A stretch of 62,868 bases of DNA, the filler included, from an uncultured Acidimicrobiales bacterium (lineage in GTDB: Bacteria; Actinomycetota; Acidimicrobiia; Acidimicrobiales; UBA10347): NCBI GenBank assembly GCA_943788915.1. It is 2 parts of 2 records of this genome, joined end to end, with 100 filler letters (N's around TTAATTAATTAA, not from the genome) between each part and the next. Parts side by side here need not be neighbours in the genome. Positions count along the whole stretch, not along the records: positions 1 to 31,962 come from CALSSD010000027.1; 1 more part is not named here. One strand, 5' to 3'. The notes beneath the pieces are model-generated. The model ran no database searches. It saw nothing but the letters and a program-made list of their open reading frames with translations, and was not told the origin of the DNA. The position numbers were made by a program, and so were the translations under genes. Below are positions 19,159 through 29,666 of the stretch, piece after piece (the stretch's first letter is position 1; each line of letters starts with the position of its first letter).

Positions 19159-19596
19159 TTAACCGTCGAGGTGGCTAATAACTGCATCGATGGCGAGCTT
19201 GTAACTTGTGACACCGAAGCCGCAGATCACACCGACACACACACCGCTAAGTAACGAGTTCGCTCGGAACTCTTCGCGAGCATGCACATTGCTCATATGT
19301 GTCTCGACCACCGGAATGCCACACCCAGCAATGGCATCACGCAAGGCCACGCTGGTGTGGGTGTAGCCCCCAGGGTTGAAGACGATGCCATCGGCCCAGG
19401 TCATAGCTTCCTGAATGGCATCGACAAGATGGCCTTCGACGTTGGACTGATGATCGCGCAACGCTGCGCCTCGTTCGCCAGCGTAGGTCCGAAGATCGGC
19501 CACAATGTCATCGAGCGAACGGGTCCCGTAGACCTCGGGTTCGCGGGTGCCGAGCATGTTGAGGTTGGGGCCGTTCAATAACCCAATCTTGCGCAT
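19159..19596 (-). CDS. aroQ: type II 3-dehydroquinate dehydratase
   Basis: LNGPNLNMLGTREPEVYG, NPGGYTHTSVALRDA, HMSNVHAREEFR. Confidence 0.97.
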   Translation of the reverse strand: MRKIGLLNGPNLNMLGTREPEVYGTRSLDDIVADLRTYAGERGAALRDHQSNVEGHLVDAIQEAMTWADGIVFNPGGYTHTSVALRDAIAGCGIPVVETHMSNVHAREEFRANSLLSGVCVGVICGFGVTSYKLAIDAVISHLDG

Positions 19597-19706
19597 TCCC
19601 CCACAGTACTCGCCCGAGACTGACTGTTTCGGGAGGCCAAAATGACAACAACGCGGCCGTCCGGGTTTCTACCCCCGCGAGCCGCGTTGTTGACGAACGG
19701 AGAAGA

Positions 19707-19901
19707 TCAGCCCAGAGGAATAGCGCCGTCAGTGAACACGACGACCAAAACAATTGCAGCGACGATGGCGATAACCAACGCAGCTCCCATGGCATACCAC
19801 TGCAGTTGAGCCTTGCGATTAGCTGCCATTTGTGCAGCTTTCTTGTCGGCTGCGTTCATCTTGGCGCCGCGATTTTTTGCGTGCGTGTCAGTCGTGCTCA
19901 T
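19707..19901 (-). CDS. small membrane protein (basic N-terminus, one C-terminal TM helix)
   Basis: 64-aa ORF with a coherent TM segment between aroQ and aroK. Confidence 0.6.
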   Translation of the reverse strand: MSTTDTHAKNRGAKMNAADKKAAQMAANRKAQLQWYAMGAALVIAIVAAIVLVVVFTDGAIPLG

Positions 19902-19998
19902 GATGTCCAAACCCATGGTCGTGGAAAGGTTGTTCCCGAAGTCAACCAGAATATTCGCTTGGGCGGCATTCAGGAACCCCGGTTCCTAAACTCTTGTT

Positions 19999-20571
19999 AT
20001 GGCCGATATGTCCTCTGGACCTTCTGACGTAGCGCACAACCCTGCGCCGGAAGGTATGCCAGAACCGGACCCTGGCTTTAACAACATCATCTTGACCGGC
20101 TTCATGGGCACGGGAAAGTCAACGGTTGGTCGACTTCTGGCCCAACGACTCCATCTGAAACATATCGACACCGACAAGATGATCGAACGACGGCACGGTC
20201 CGATTCCCCGCATCTTCGAAGAACAGGGCGAAGACGGGTTTCGCACTATCGAACGAGACATCGCCAAAGAACTCACGACTGATGTCGGCTACGTGATCTC
20301 GACCGGAGGGCGGTTCATGCTCGATCCCGAGAACGTCGCTGCGCTACAGCAAGGAAATCGGATTTTCTGCCTAGTCGCCGAACTTGCGGTGATTATGGAA
20401 CGAGTTATGCGCCGGCGATCGAGCCGACCGTTACTCGCTGGCGACGATCCGCAGAGTCGAGTCGAGGAACTCATGCGCATCCGGGCCGAGGGATACGGCC
20501 AGTTCGAGGCTGTGTCAACCGACGAGCGGCCACCGACCAAGGTGGTCGACGACATCATCTCCCGGCTGTGA
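19999..20571 (+). CDS. aroK: shikimate kinase
   Basis: GFMGTGKSTVG, IDTD, GEDGFR, STGG, RPLL. Confidence 0.95.
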   Translation: MADMSSGPSDVAHNPAPEGMPEPDPGFNNIILTGFMGTGKSTVGRLLAQRLHLKHIDTDKMIERRHGPIPRIFEEQGEDGFRTIERDIAKELTTDVGYVISTGGRFMLDPENVAALQQGNRIFCLVAELAVIMERVMRRRSSRPLLAGDDPQSRVEELMRIRAEGYGQFEAVSTDERPPTKVVDDIISRL

Positions 20572-20657
20572 CCAAACCCAGTGTTGCCGGTGCTGCAAAC
20601 TAGTAACAACCCATCGGGAGACAGCGTGGCCCGTTCGACATCAGTGACAGGCACAAC

Positions 20658-21041
20658 ATGTTCTTTCCTTATCGATTCGACCGCAAATTCATCGGGCTGT
20701 GGTGGCCACTTGGTGCCCGTGAGGGGGTCGACGGCGTAACGGTCACCGACCAATCCTTCACCGCCTCGTTTGGCCGGGCACGGGTCGAGACGCCGCTTGC
20801 GAACGTGACCGACGCGCACGTGACCCGCGACTACCAATGGTGGAAGGCAGTGGGTATACGTCTGTCCTTCGCTGACGACGGGCTGACCTTCGGCACATCA
20901 ACGCACGGTGGGGTGTGCGTGCACTTCGATGAGAAGGTGCGTCGTGTTATTGGTTCCAAGGACCATTCAGCGCTCACGGTCACTGTTGATGACCTTGACG
21001 GTCTCGCCCAGGCAATCAATGAAGCCAAAGGCGCGGCCTAA
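20658..21041 (+). CDS. hypothetical protein
   Basis: Intact ORF with normal composition; GIRLSFADDGLTFGTS segment. Confidence 0.7.
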   Translation: MFFPYRFDRKFIGLWWPLGAREGVDGVTVTDQSFTASFGRARVETPLANVTDAHVTRDYQWWKAVGIRLSFADDGLTFGTSTHGGVCVHFDEKVRRVIGSKDHSALTVTVDDLDGLAQAINEAKGAA

Positions 21042-21127
21042 CCATCGCCAATTCCGCCCCGGATCAGCACCGCATTTCGCAGGCTGGTCAGGTCAATCGA
21101 AAACCGCACCGGTGTCATCGGGACAGG

Positions 21128-21616
21128 TTCCTCATCGCAGCGATCACCATTGGCATTCCTGGCTTCTTTCTGAGCTTCCGGCCAGACGAACCGGCGAGCA
21201 AACCCGGTTATCTACGTCGGGTGTTGCACTTCGCGGTTCCTGCGGGGACCGTCGCTGCGGCTGCGACCTATGCGTCGTATTGGCTGACCAGTTCACCTAT
21301 TGCGGACGCCACCATCGAGGAAGCTCGCACTGCAGCGACACTTACCTTGAGCCTGGCCGGACTGTTCATCCTCCATCGATTGATCACACCCATTCGGCGA
21401 AACGAAGGATTCTTGATCGTCGGACTCATCGCTGCGCTTGGCATCGCCATGGTTCCCTCACCATGGGCCGACTTCTAGGCGCTTGACTTGCCGCCGATGC
21501 GAGTCAGCCTGATCATCGTGGGCGTCGTCGCGGCCGTGGTCACCGTGCTCGAGATCGTTATCGAACTGGTCAAACGTCGTCAGCTGCGCGTAACGAGCCA
21601 ACAACCCACACCCTGA
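21128..21616 (+). pseudogene. C-terminal remnant of a CtpE-like cation-transporting P-type ATPase; internal TAG at 21476-21478
   Basis: Own translation FLIAAITIGIPGFFLSFRPDEPASKPGYLRRVLHFAVPAG...EARTAAT; no N-terminal ATPase domains. Confidence 0.75.
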
Positions 21617-21627
21617 TCAACCCAGAG

Positions 21628-22728
21628 TTAGACGGACACTGCCGAACCGCCGGATGCTGCACTTTCGACGGCAGCGTCGAGGACTCGTTGCACGGCAAGA
21701 CCTTCTTCAAACCCTGGTCCTGACTGGTTGCCATCGATGATCGCGTCGATCCATTGCCGGGTCATCGAGCTGGTGGTGCGGAACACATCGCGGTAGGTGT
21801 TGTGCACCGTGTCTCGCCGCACGCCGTTCCAGATCTCGTCGGGAATTGGCAGTTCCTGACGGCCCGCGTTGTCGCCACGACGGAGGCCTTCGACCTTTTG
21901 GACCGTGTCCCAGTCGCACGTCGCATAGAGGGTGCCTTTGTCGCCATGCACCTCGTAGTGATGGGTCTGTCCAAAGGGGGTGCCTTCCCAACACACCGCG
22001 CTGGTTTGCAACATGCCGTAAGCACCCGATGCATATCGAATGGTCATAGCCACGCTGTCTTCGGTCTGGTCGTAGACCGTGCCGTCGGGACGGGAGCCCC
22101 GGTCAACAAAGTTCGAAGTCAACGCCGAAATCGACGTCTCGGTGTCATCGAGCAACCACCGGGCGAGATGGATCCAATGGGATCCAAGATCACCGATGAT
22201 GCCTGAACCCGCGATCTCGCGGTCGAAGCGCCATGAGTACGCATCATCGAACCCGAAGTCGGTGTAATACCGGGCGTTGATGTGGAGTGGTCGCCCGATG
22301 TACCCGTTGGTGATCAGCTGTTTCACCCATTGGTTCGACGGCATCCAGTGATAGGTGAAGGGCATCATGGTGATGACACCTGCGGTTTCGGCAGCGTCAT
22401 ACATCTCGGTCGCCTGCTCAACGTTCAACGCCATCGGCTTCTCGCACAAGACGTGTAACCCCCGTTTGAGAGCCGCTATCGCCAGCTCATGGTGGCTGTT
22501 ATTGGCGGTCGCGATCACGACGGCGTCGAGGTCCTCACCGTCGAACATTGCGGCGGCATCGGTGTAGCTCGCTGGCACGTTCCATGTTGCGGCAAACGCA
22601 GCTGTGGTGGCGGGATTACGACCACACACTGCAGCCACCTTGGCGCCGGGATGGTTATCGAGCGGCGGCAGGTACATGGTGTCGGCCCACCAGCTCGTAC
22701 CGAACACGCCAACGTTCACAGTCTTCAT
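21628..22728 (-). CDS. Gfo/Idh/MocA family oxidoreductase
   Basis: HVLCEKPMA, GDLGSHWIHL. Confidence 0.92.
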   Translation of the reverse strand: MKTVNVGVFGTSWWADTMYLPPLDNHPGAKVAAVCGRNPATTAAFAATWNVPASYTDAAAMFDGEDLDAVVIATANNSHHELAIAALKRGLHVLCEKPMALNVEQATEMYDAAETAGVITMMPFTYHWMPSNQWVKQLITNGYIGRPLHINARYYTDFGFDDAYSWRFDREIAGSGIIGDLGSHWIHLARWLLDDTETSISALTSNFVDRGSRPDGTVYDQTEDSVAMTIRYASGAYGMLQTSAVCWEGTPFGQTHHYEVHGDKGTLYATCDWDTVQKVEGLRRGDNAGRQELPIPDEIWNGVRRDTVHNTYRDVFRTTSSMTRQWIDAIIDGNQSGPGFEEGLAVQRVLDAAVESAASGGSAVSV

Positions 22729-22754
22729 CGGGCCGAACTGTAGTCACCCGGCCG

Positions 22755-23156
22755 TCACCGGGGTCGGTGTTCGGTGCCAACACCAGCGGTGATGAAGACG
22801 GCCGTACCCGCAGTGTCTTCGTTGGCCGTGTGCCAGACACCCGGTGGATTGACGATGTACTGACCAGCCTGAAGCACGGTGGTGACTTCGCCTTCGGGCA
22901 ACTTTTGGGTCAGTGACAAGGTGCCTGCGGTGCACAACACCACCTCGGCTCCATTCGGATGCATTTCCCACATCGTCCACGCACCATGATGCTTAGACAT
23001 TGAGACCAGCCGAGCCTCGATGCCGTCTGCCTCATGACGCTCTGTATACGCGGCATACCACGACATATCACCGGTGAACACCGGCTCGACCTCGGCCGTC
23101 GCCCCCAGGCCAAGGTGAATCGGGTAGGTGGTCAGTGCATGTGCAGTGTCACTCAT
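22755..23156 (-). CDS. cupin domain protein
   Basis: WEMHPNGAE...NPPGVWHTA cupin motifs. Confidence 0.85.
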   Translation of the reverse strand: MSDTAHALTTYPIHLGLGATAEVEPVFTGDMSWYAAYTERHEADGIEARLVSMSKHHGAWTMWEMHPNGAEVVLCTAGTLSLTQKLPEGEVTTVLQAGQYIVNPPGVWHTANEDTAGTAVFITAGVGTEHRPR

Positions 23157-23174
23157 GGCCTCAGTGTCGCTGAC

Positions 23175-23205
23175 TAACGAACCCGTGCCTGGCACCGGTT
23201 CGTTA
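23175..23205. repeat. REP-like palindrome, core GTGCC-T-GGCAC
   Basis: TAACGAACC-C-GTGCC-T-GGCAC-C-GGTTCGTTA, intergenic. Confidence 0.72.
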
Positions 23206-23216
23206 TCGGTAACGCA

Positions 23217-24179
23217 TTACGTGGCCAGGAGTTCGGCGAAACGGGTCGCAGTGATATTGCCGCCGCTGATGGTGACCACTGCCGTGCGGTCGACGACCGA
23301 GACATGGCCGCCGACGATGGCAGCGAGTGCAGATGCGCCGCTGGGTTCAGCCACAACCTTGAACTGCTCAAAAAGTATGCGCATCGTGTTGATGATTTCG
23401 TCGTCGGTAACGCCGACAAAATCGGTGACGTAATAATCATTGATTGGCCATGTCAGCTCGCCTGGCGCCGTGGTTTGTTGGCCGTCAGCAATGGTCACGG
23501 GAACATCAATCGTTACTCGTTCACCTGCCTGGCGAGACAACTTGTGGTCGTCGCCTGCATCGGGTTCAACCCCAAAAATCTCGATGTCAGGATTCAGATC
23601 TTTCGCAATGGTTGCAGAACCCGACAACAGGCCGCCACCGCCGAGGCAGACGACAGCCATGTCACACCCGGGTTCATCGGTGAGGGCTTCGAACATGGCG
23701 GTGCCCTGGCCAGCCATCACCGACGGGTTGTCATACGGTTTGATCAACACCCGACCTTCGCGTTCGCTCAGCTCGGCACCGATGTCCTCGCGGCTCTCGG
23801 TGTACCGGTTATAGGTGATGACCTCGGCGCCATACCCCCGGGTTGCTGCCAGCTTGTTCGGCGGTGCATCGGTGGGCATCACGATCTTGGCCGATACGCC
23901 CAACAGGTGCGCTCCGAGCGCCACGCCCTGTGCATGATTTCCTGACGAGAAGGCAACCACACCCGCCTGCTTCTGGTCATCCGTCAACATCGCGATCGCG
24001 TTGTAACCGCCCCGGAACTTAAACGAACCAGTGCGCTGTAGGTTCTCGGCTTTCAGCAGGACACGACCGCCAAGCTTCGTATTCAGTCGGCGGGACTCAA
24101 GCAAGGGTGTGTGATGTGCGACCCCATCGAGCCTGCGAGCCGCAGCACGTACATCGTCGGGGCCGATCGCGAAGTCCAT
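23217..24179 (-). CDS. PLP-dependent threonine/serine dehydratase family protein (threo-3-hydroxyaspartate ammonia-lyase-like)
   Basis: KAENLQRTGSFKFRG, SSGNHAQG, GGGGL, EPSGA, SGGN. Confidence 0.92.
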   Translation of the reverse strand: MDFAIGPDDVRAAARRLDGVAHHTPLLESRRLNTKLGGRVLLKAENLQRTGSFKFRGGYNAIAMLTDDQKQAGVVAFSSGNHAQGVALGAHLLGVSAKIVMPTDAPPNKLAATRGYGAEVITYNRYTESREDIGAELSEREGRVLIKPYDNPSVMAGQGTAMFEALTDEPGCDMAVVCLGGGGLLSGSATIAKDLNPDIEIFGVEPDAGDDHKLSRQAGERVTIDVPVTIADGQQTTAPGELTWPINDYYVTDFVGVTDDEIINTMRILFEQFKVVAEPSGASALAAIVGGHVSVVDRTAVVTISGGNITATRFAELLAT

Positions 24180-24314
24180 CCGTCGAGCGTATTCGCACTT
24201 CGCCGGCACACGGTCTGCGTTTCGGCTGGCATCCCAATCTGCCGGTGCACGCTCGTGACTATGAGCTGCGGCCAGACCTCGTAGGTCCCAAACCAACGGG
24301 CCTAGGGTGATCGG

Positions 24315-25112
24315 GTGACATCTGCTGAGCCGGTTTCGTTTGTCCTCGTTTCGACGAATGCGCCGCCCGATCCGGTGCAGGTCATCGAAGCCGCCACACA
24401 ACTCGGTGTCGGTCTGGCTCATGAAATGGGCGACCCCGACACGCTGAATTTTCGAATCGAAACCGGTGGCACCCTGATCGTCGCGCTGTTACCGATACCT
24501 CATCCGGATGCAGCCCACATGCCGGTTGGCCCGACTTCGCCGGAGCCAGAAACCATTGACCATCATGTTGGTCACTACATCGTCACCGCGTTCGACCTGC
24601 CAGACGACCCACTGCAAACCGAGGTGACCATGAGCATTGTCACCGCGGCACTTGTGCAGTGCAGCCCTGCGGTCGCCGCCAAGTTGGGCGACGGTGCGAT
24701 CTTTCATCGGGCCGACTTGTTCGCCACCGTTGTCGAGACTGCGAACGGCGGCATCGCCACTGAGATCACTGTGGATATCACCGCCGCCCAAGAGAGTGCC
24801 GATCGGATGAGCTTCCTCACCCATGGTCTCTCGAAGTACGACCGAGAAGAGTTCTACATCACGTCGTCTACCACCGAGACGGGCGTACTGGAGTACCTCA
24901 TGGAGTTGGTCCGGTGGATGGTCACCGACCCCGACAAGGTGTTACCAACCGGCGACACCGTCGGCCCAACCGCTGAAAAACAGGCCGTGGTGCAACGGGT
25001 GCCCAGCCCGATTGAAGGAAAACCTCCGGTCATCCGGTTGGACATGGACACCAACGAAACCGTCAGCCAGCCGCCACGAGCTAAGAAAAGGGGCTGGTTC
25101 CGCCGTAGCTGA
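24315..25112 (+). CDS. DUF4261-like domain protein
   Basis: SFLTHGLSKY...GDTVG C-terminal pattern. Confidence 0.6.
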   Translation: MTSAEPVSFVLVSTNAPPDPVQVIEAATQLGVGLAHEMGDPDTLNFRIETGGTLIVALLPIPHPDAAHMPVGPTSPEPETIDHHVGHYIVTAFDLPDDPLQTEVTMSIVTAALVQCSPAVAAKLGDGAIFHRADLFATVVETANGGIATEITVDITAAQESADRMSFLTHGLSKYDREEFYITSSTTETGVLEYLMELVRWMVTDPDKVLPTGDTVGPTAEKQAVVQRVPSPIEGKPPVIRLDMDTNETVSQPPRAKKRGWFRRS

Positions 25113-25144
25113 CAGACGCCTGGGGTCTGAGCCTGGATGTGCCT

Positions 25145-26356
25145 CTAGGCAGGTTGGATGTAGTCGGGCCCAAGCTCATCGACATTCGCGGCACCGACGA
25201 GTTTCATGGTGCGTTCGAACTCGTCGTGCAGGAAACCGAGCGCCTTGTCAACGCCCCGCTCGCCGGCTGCGCCCAAGCCGTACAAATAGGCCCGGCCAAC
25301 CATGCAGGCCGTCGCTCCCATGGCCACGGCTTTCACGATGTCGGCGCCGCGGCGGATCCCGCCATCGACCAAGATCTCAATCTGGCCACCAACCGCATCG
25401 ACGGTTGCAGGTAACAGCTCAAAGGGTGCCGGCGAGGAATCGAGTTGACGTCCGCCGTGGTTCGACAATGCCACCGCTTCGATACCGAGATCGGCAGCCT
25501 TGCGAGCATCGTCGACGTCTTGTACTCCCTTGAGCATGATTGGACCCGGCCACAGATCGCGGAAGGCCTCGATGTCGGTCCATGACAGTGATGGGTCCAA
25601 CTGCTCGGCCACGTACGGGCCAAGTGCGATGGCATCGGTGCCGTCGCGGCCGTCGCCGGTGCCGGTCACGTTTGCGAAACGGATCGGATCCGATGTCGCA
25701 AAGTCAAGTGTCCACCGGGGATGGCGAATGCCATCAAAGATGGTGTCCAGCCCAAGTTTGGGCGGCAACGTGAACCCCCGGCGAATGTCGCGTTCTCGGC
25801 GACCAAGGGTGGCAAAGTCGACGGTGATCACGATGGCTTCGTAACCAGCAGCGTCGGCCCGGTTGATCATTTCTTTGACGAGTCCCCGGTCTTTCCACAC
25901 GTACACCTGGAACCATTTGGGCCCGTCGGAGACCGCCGCGACCTCTTCGATTGAGCGGGTACCGAGCGTGGAGAGGGTGTACGGAAGTCCCCGACGTGCT
26001 GCGGCTCGGGCCACAGCTAGTTCACCCTGCGAGTCGCTTATCCGTCCGAACCCAGTGGGCGACAGGGCCAACGGCATGGGGATCTTCTTGCCGAGCAAGG
26101 TGGTCGAAAGGTCAATGTTGCTCATGTCGCGCAGCACTCGGGGCCGGAAAAGCACGTCGTCGAACACCCGGATACTTCGAGCGAGCGCTTCTTCGTCTTC
26201 CGCGGCACCATCGATGTAGTCGAAGACACCACCAGGCAAATTTCGTTTGGCCATGAGCCGCAGATCATCGATGTTCGCGGCCCGCTCCAGTTTGCGTCCG
26301 ACCGTATCGGTCGTGAGCGTGCGGAATTTCATCGTGCTGCGAAGGTTCTCCAACAT
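25145..26356 (-). CDS. FMN-dependent alpha-hydroxy acid oxidase/dehydrogenase (LldD-like)
   Basis: FDYIDGAAEDE, SNHGGRQLD, DGGIRRGADIVKA. Confidence 0.93.
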   Translation of the reverse strand: MLENLRSTMKFRTLTTDTVGRKLERAANIDDLRLMAKRNLPGGVFDYIDGAAEDEEALARSIRVFDDVLFRPRVLRDMSNIDLSTTLLGKKIPMPLALSPTGFGRISDSQGELAVARAAARRGLPYTLSTLGTRSIEEVAAVSDGPKWFQVYVWKDRGLVKEMINRADAAGYEAIVITVDFATLGRRERDIRRGFTLPPKLGLDTIFDGIRHPRWTLDFATSDPIRFANVTGTGDGRDGTDAIALGPYVAEQLDPSLSWTDIEAFRDLWPGPIMLKGVQDVDDARKAADLGIEAVALSNHGGRQLDSSPAPFELLPATVDAVGGQIEILVDGGIRRGADIVKAVAMGATACMVGRAYLYGLGAAGERGVDKALGFLHDEFERTMKLVGAANVDELGPDYIQPA

Positions 26357-26616
26357 GGCCCCAACCTACCCACTCATCGTTCGGGGCAACATCTCGGTTA
26401 CAGCAATTGAGTGCCGACGTCGTAAACCCACGGACGTGCCGCACCACGTGACAGACGAAAACAACGGCGCCGCACCCGCCCGGCCCAAGACTCATGCTCA
26501 GCCGGATGTCTGGTGGGATTGGACTCGTGTTGCAGCGACTGGTGTTACCACTCGAACCCAACGACCTGCTGATGATCTTCCAGCCTGGCCACGAGTTACC
26601 GCTGATCTGACAACCG

Positions 26617-27408
26617 TCAGTGGCTCCGCGCTGCGGGGTCTTGGGCAAAGAAATCTGCCAGCGCCCCGTATAACTCCGGCTTGCCATCCTGCAACTGGGT
26701 TGGTTGACAAAAGAACGCCTCGGCAGCGACCGCAAAGAATTCGACCCGATTGGTCCACGCATAACGGCGTAACACGCGATCAGAGTGACGAGCCCTGGTG
26801 TGTTCGTACTCATCGGCCACAACTGCTGCCCAATGTTCCATCTCGGCACCACGTACTGGTGGGATCCCGTCGGTGTATCCGTCACTCATATCGATCTTGT
26901 GAGCAAACTCGTGGATGACCACGTTCTGGCCGGAGGCTGGGTGGCGGCTATCGCTGAGGACCGCGTCCCACGACAATGTCATCGGCCCCGAGTTGGGTGT
27001 GGCGACACCAACAACCGCCATCGACTCGTCACTCACCGTGCCGGCTCCTGGTCCAGAACGCAGCCCATGGGAAACGGTCGACGAGGGGTGCACGATGACC
27101 CCTTTCACCATGCGATAGACCCACGGGTCCAGACCCAAAATGGGAATCGCCGCGTTGGCTGCAATTGTCACCACCATTTCGGCAGTGAGTTCAAAACCTG
27201 CGGCCGCCTCCCACTGTTTGTCCTCGACAAGTTGCTGGGTAAGAGAAAAATGACGAGCGGCCAACTCCGCATCAAGGTGACCAGCCAGCGCCACGTTCTT
27301 TCGCACCACGGTTCGCACAACGTCGGGTTCAAGGTCAGCCCAGGCGTTCCGTTGCCCGCCGCCCAGGAATCGGGCGAGTCGTTCCGTGAACTTCATGTGC
27401 TCCAGCAC
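26617..27408 (-). CDS. MtfA-like zinc peptidase (M90 family)
   Basis: NVVIHEFAHKID, YAWTNRVEFFAVAAEAFF. Confidence 0.9.
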   Translation of the reverse strand: MLEHMKFTERLARFLGGGQRNAWADLEPDVVRTVVRKNVALAGHLDAELAARHFSLTQQLVEDKQWEAAAGFELTAEMVVTIAANAAIPILGLDPWVYRMVKGVIVHPSSTVSHGLRSGPGAGTVSDESMAVVGVATPNSGPMTLSWDAVLSDSRHPASGQNVVIHEFAHKIDMSDGYTDGIPPVRGAEMEHWAAVVADEYEHTRARHSDRVLRRYAWTNRVEFFAVAAEAFFCQPTQLQDGKPELYGALADFFAQDPAARSH

Positions 27409-27543
27409 CTACCGCTCGACTTCGGCCACAAGTTAGCTCGTCGTTTCGCAAACCGTGAGCCGGCCACAGGTCAAACCGCAATAACGGCCTGGACGAGGAT
27501 CCGCGTTACCCCGGTGGCCGCCGCCATCAGTACCCTTTCGCTC

Positions 27544-28365
27544 GTGAGTACCCCGGTTGAACGCCTGATCCGCCGCCTTGATCTCGAGCAAGGTGAGACG
27601 GGCGAGGCCACAACAACATGGCACGGCGAAGTGGGCGAGAATGCGCTGAACCTGAGCAACCGGCTCTTCGGTGGGTTCGTGGTCGCCCAGTCGATCATGG
27701 CCGCGGGCAAGACTCACGATGACCGCGATGTCCACTCGATTCAGCAGGTGTTTCTGCGGGGCGGCAACGCTACCGAACCGCTTCGCTACCGGGTCGAGCG
27801 GCTGTTCACGGGCAGGACGTATGCGTCGGTCCGGGTCGAGGTCCACCAGGGCGATCACATCATCAGCCATGCTCAGGTCGGGGTGACCGCCGGTAGTGCT
27901 GGGCCCGATCGTCAAGATGCAGCCCCCGTGATCCCTGATCGCTCAGGTATGGCAAACCGCGACGAACTACAGGCCCGTGCAAACTGGGATGACCAGCCGG
28001 TCGAGATGTTCATCGATCCCGATGGCGAAGGCGATGGCAAACCATCCATGCCGGTGTGGATGCGACCTGTCGGACCGCTGCCAGCTGACCAACTCATTCA
28101 TAAAGCGGTGCTTGGTTTTGCTACCGATCGTGGACTTATGACTGTCGCGTTGCGACCTCACCGCGAACACGGCAATTTCAAGGGTGCAACCCTTGACCAT
28201 GCGATCTGGTTTCACCGACCACTGCAGTTCGATGATTGGCACAGTTACGACATGCACAGCCCGACTATCGCCGGCGGCCGAGGACTGAGTCAGGGTGCAA
28301 TCCATCATCACGACGGCACCCTTGTTGCGACAACCGTGCAACAGGGAACCTTTCGGCCGATCTAG
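27544..28365 (+). CDS. acyl-CoA thioesterase II (TesB-like)
   Basis: RLFGGFVVAQS, ATLDHAIWFHRP, GRGLSQG; start placed at GTG 27544. Confidence 0.88.
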   Translation: MSTPVERLIRRLDLEQGETGEATTTWHGEVGENALNLSNRLFGGFVVAQSIMAAGKTHDDRDVHSIQQVFLRGGNATEPLRYRVERLFTGRTYASVRVEVHQGDHIISHAQVGVTAGSAGPDRQDAAPVIPDRSGMANRDELQARANWDDQPVEMFIDPDGEGDGKPSMPVWMRPVGPLPADQLIHKAVLGFATDRGLMTVALRPHREHGNFKGATLDHAIWFHRPLQFDDWHSYDMHSPTIAGGRGLSQGAIHHHDGTLVATTVQQGTFRPI

Positions 28366-28377
28366 AGTCGACACGCA

Positions 28378-28779
28378 ATGAAACGTCGTGCATTCCTGAT
28401 GTCAACCCTGTTGTTCATCGTCTTGGCCGTGGCGGCATGTGGCGGCGACCCTGAACCGTCGCCTATCCCCGTCGACGTAGATGGTTTCCCTATCGATTGG
28501 CCAATCGCGATTCCGCCCGGCACTGTGAACGGCTGCGACAACGGCACCGTGATGCAGGAAAACTCATTCTTCTCGGTCGTCATGTGTTTGCCCGACGATC
28601 CCGATCCGTTCACCGCGTCGGAGAACTATCTGGCCACGCTCGAAGGCAACGGCTTCGTCGAACGCGAACCGGGTGCCTTCATCACCACACAAGAAACGTT
28701 CCTCGACGGCAATGGCATCGAAATCTACTTCCAACTCGTCGGCGACGAAGCAACCGTGGTCCTGATCAAACCCGCCTGA
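28378..28779 (+). CDS. hypothetical lipoprotein
   Basis: MKRR...LAVAACGG lipobox. Confidence 0.75.
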   Translation: MKRRAFLMSTLLFIVLAVAACGGDPEPSPIPVDVDGFPIDWPIAIPPGTVNGCDNGTVMQENSFFSVVMCLPDDPDPFTASENYLATLEGNGFVEREPGAFITTQETFLDGNGIEIYFQLVGDEATVVLIKPA

Positions 28780-28790
28780 CGCGGGTCGGG

Positions 28791-29465
28791 TTAGGGGCGG
28801 GGTTGGCCGTCGAGGTTGGCGTCGTAGTCGATCTGCCAGATGTTCTTGCTGGACTGCACTGCCAGCACCAGAAGGGCGACCGCGTTCAATGCCACAATCA
28901 CCGGCACACCCCAGCTGAAGACTTCGGTGCCAATGAAGAACACGAACGTGTTCAACGCGATATAGCCAATACGGATCTCGGTCGGCCCGATGCCGTAATA
29001 CGCGATCTGGAACTGGTTCGTGGCCGCGAACGACAGAAACGAGACCGCCATGGTCGACGAGCTGATCAACAGCAGGACCAGGAACAGGAACTCAAGCCAT
29101 TCGGCATCGACCAGGAACGAGTACGCGATAACGAGCGACCCCTGGAAGATGAAGTCGAGCAGATGATCCATATAGAAGCCCCACTTGACCAGTCCTTGTT
29201 TACGGAACTTACCGAGCGAACCATCGAACGAATCGGTGAGCCATTGGCCAAACACCATGACCGAAATGCCGTGGAGCCACACCAGGTCCTTGGTTGCCAA
29301 CCAGCCAAACAGGATCGTGCCCGCTGACCAGAAGATGGTCACGTACGTCAGATGGTGACTCATGATCGGTTTCGGGACCTTGGGGATTCCCCAATTGATG
29401 AAACGCCGCTCGACGTTGCCAAGCAGAGACGTGCCCTTCTTTTTGTCGCCCGCGAACTGTGTCAT
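28791..29465 (-). CDS. CDP-alcohol phosphatidyltransferase family protein
   Basis: DSFDGSLGK...GFYMDHLLD signature. Confidence 0.88.
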   Translation of the reverse strand: MTQFAGDKKKGTSLLGNVERRFINWGIPKVPKPIMSHHLTYVTIFWSAGTILFGWLATKDLVWLHGISVMVFGQWLTDSFDGSLGKFRKQGLVKWGFYMDHLLDFIFQGSLVIAYSFLVDAEWLEFLFLVLLLISSSTMAVSFLSFAATNQFQIAYYGIGPTEIRIGYIALNTFVFFIGTEVFSWGVPVIVALNAVALLVLAVQSSKNIWQIDYDANLDGQPRP

Positions 29466-29666
29466 CTGTTCCTACTCACTTCGTTCGTCGGCGGCACCAG
29501 CACGCAGTACTGGCCAGGCTAGTGCTGCGTCCCGCGCAGTCTGTGCCGCGTCGAAAGCAGGCAAGCTTCTACCGATGACGAGTGTGGCCGTGTGTCGCTT
29601 GCTCGCCAGCGAAGTCAGCTGATCCGGAACTCAGTCCAGATGACGCCGCCAACGCGACAGCAGTCA

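Noticed and set aside
25145..26356. Mycofactocin mftD assignment
   Set aside because: No mftA/B/C genes nearby; only a family-level call is supportable
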